Shown piece by piece: positions 19,244 through 20,000 of a stretch of DNA of 20,000 bases. Under the pieces are notes generated by a model. That model worked only from the letters and a program-made list of their open reading frames with translations, made no database searches and was not told the DNA's origin. Origin of the DNA: an uncultured virus (IMG/VR IMGVR_UViG_3300038755_000021) (Duplodnaviria; Heunggongvirae; Uroviricota; Caudoviricetes); the IMG/VR virus record IMGVR_UViG_3300038755_000021, positions 52,080-72,079 of that record; one strand, given 5' to 3'. Positions within the stretch are counted from its first letter, which is position 1. Each line of letters opens with the position of its first letter. A program made the position numbers and the translations under genes.

Positions 19244-20000
19244 ATGCCATTTACGGATAAAGATAAAAATAAATTATTCTCTGAAATACGGAGAATTAGT
19301 GATAAAGTTGTTTCCTGTGGTCAGGGAACTACTGTAACTGAATTTGATCATACATTACTCTGTGCTCCAGGTAATGTTATCGTCATTTCAGTAGTATCTT
19401 ATTCTGCAACTGGTGTACCAACTATATCTTATTATAATCTTGATGGGACACCCTATGTTGGTCCACAACCCACAAGATGTTCTGACACCTTAGAATCTGA
19501 TGCACAATTGATTTGTGCAGCTAATATTCAATATTTACAACATATTGTAAAAGCAGATGGTGCACCAAATGGTCAAGTATATTATACTGACATAACTGGG
19601 GCTCTTGTCCCAGATCCATCCCCTTTCACATATGGACCATGTGATAGCTCGTCTTTAATAACTGATAAAATTTGTCTTTGTGATAATAATGGGGGTATTC
19701 TTACTCAATTTTTAAGATTTTTTACATATGATCCTAATACTAATATAATAGTATTTACAGGAGATTGGCTTCCTGATTTATCAGCTCAATATACACCTAC
19801 AGGAATAGTTGGGTTGTGTGATAATTTTGGCACCGCAGTACAAGCCATACAAAGAATTACTCAGATTAACGGAATTGGGAGTTTTATTAGACCTGCTAAT
19901 AATATTCAGTCTATTACTGTCATAGTAAGAAGAGTAGATTCTATTATTACTCCTCCTACAATAACAGATGGTGTTGGTAATATAGTAAATTTATTTGTAG
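19244..20000 (+). CDS. 3'-truncated probable virion fibre/structural protein with Cys-paired beta-rich repeats
   Basis: Manually translated: MPFTDKDKNKLFSEIRRISDKVVSCGQG..., 252 codons with no stop to the window end; in-frame stop just upstream at 19235-19237. Absent from the ORF track because it has no stop. Confidence 0.8.
   Translation, partial: MPFTDKDKNKLFSEIRRISDKVVSCGQGTTVTEFDHTLLCAPGNVIVISVVSYSATGVPTISYYNLDGTPYVGPQPTRCSDTLESDAQLICAANIQYLQHIVKADGAPNGQVYYTDITGALVPDPSPFTYGPCDSSSLITDKICLCDNNGGILTQFLRFFTYDPNTNIIVFTGDWLPDLSAQYTPTGIVGLCDNFGTAVQAIQRITQINGIGSFIRPANNIQSITVIVRRVDSIITPPTITDGVGNIVNLFV

Larger units (their letters stand above)
1..20000. mobile_element. Bacteriophage genome segment, crAss-like; virion RNAP / cargo (ejection) protein module
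   Basis: Tightly packed co-oriented giant ORFs, DxDxD RNAP of phi14:2 gp66/crAss type, zincin domains, virion lysozyme domain, no cellular housekeeping genes, AT-rich starts without clear Shine-Dalgarno motifs (typical of Bacteroidetes systems). Confidence 0.9.

Noticed and set aside
1..20000. tRNAs, CRISPR arrays, IS elements, rho-independent terminators
   Set aside because: Almost no non-coding space; no cloverleaf, regularly spaced direct repeats, transposase or convincing GC hairpin plus U-tract was visible by eye.

Overview
AT-rich phage DNA, almost wholly + strand coding, from a crAss-like (Crassvirales-related, probably Bacteroidetes-infecting) virus. It covers the block of giant virion-packaged cargo/ejection proteins. 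The anchor is a phi14:2 gp66-type virion RNA polymerase (TDGQG, GYRIPT and DFDVD motifs). Three 10-N scaffold gaps interrupt the sequence. Reading frames stay open right up to each gap, so ORFs 1215..5522, 5723..7720 and 7963..14382 are probably one gene of about 4,400 aa. That gene would join a lysozyme-like domain, a Gly/Ala-rich membrane-type region, a zincin metalloprotease split by a ~490-aa inserted module, and the RNAP. It is followed by a second giant cargo protein with a degenerate zincin (EExxH) and an apparent frameshift near its start, a small convergent minus-strand gene, a divergent intergenic region with Bacteroidetes-type promoter candidates, and a truncated Cys-pair repeat structural gene absent from the ORF track. 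Family assignments come from motif recognition only; no searches were run.
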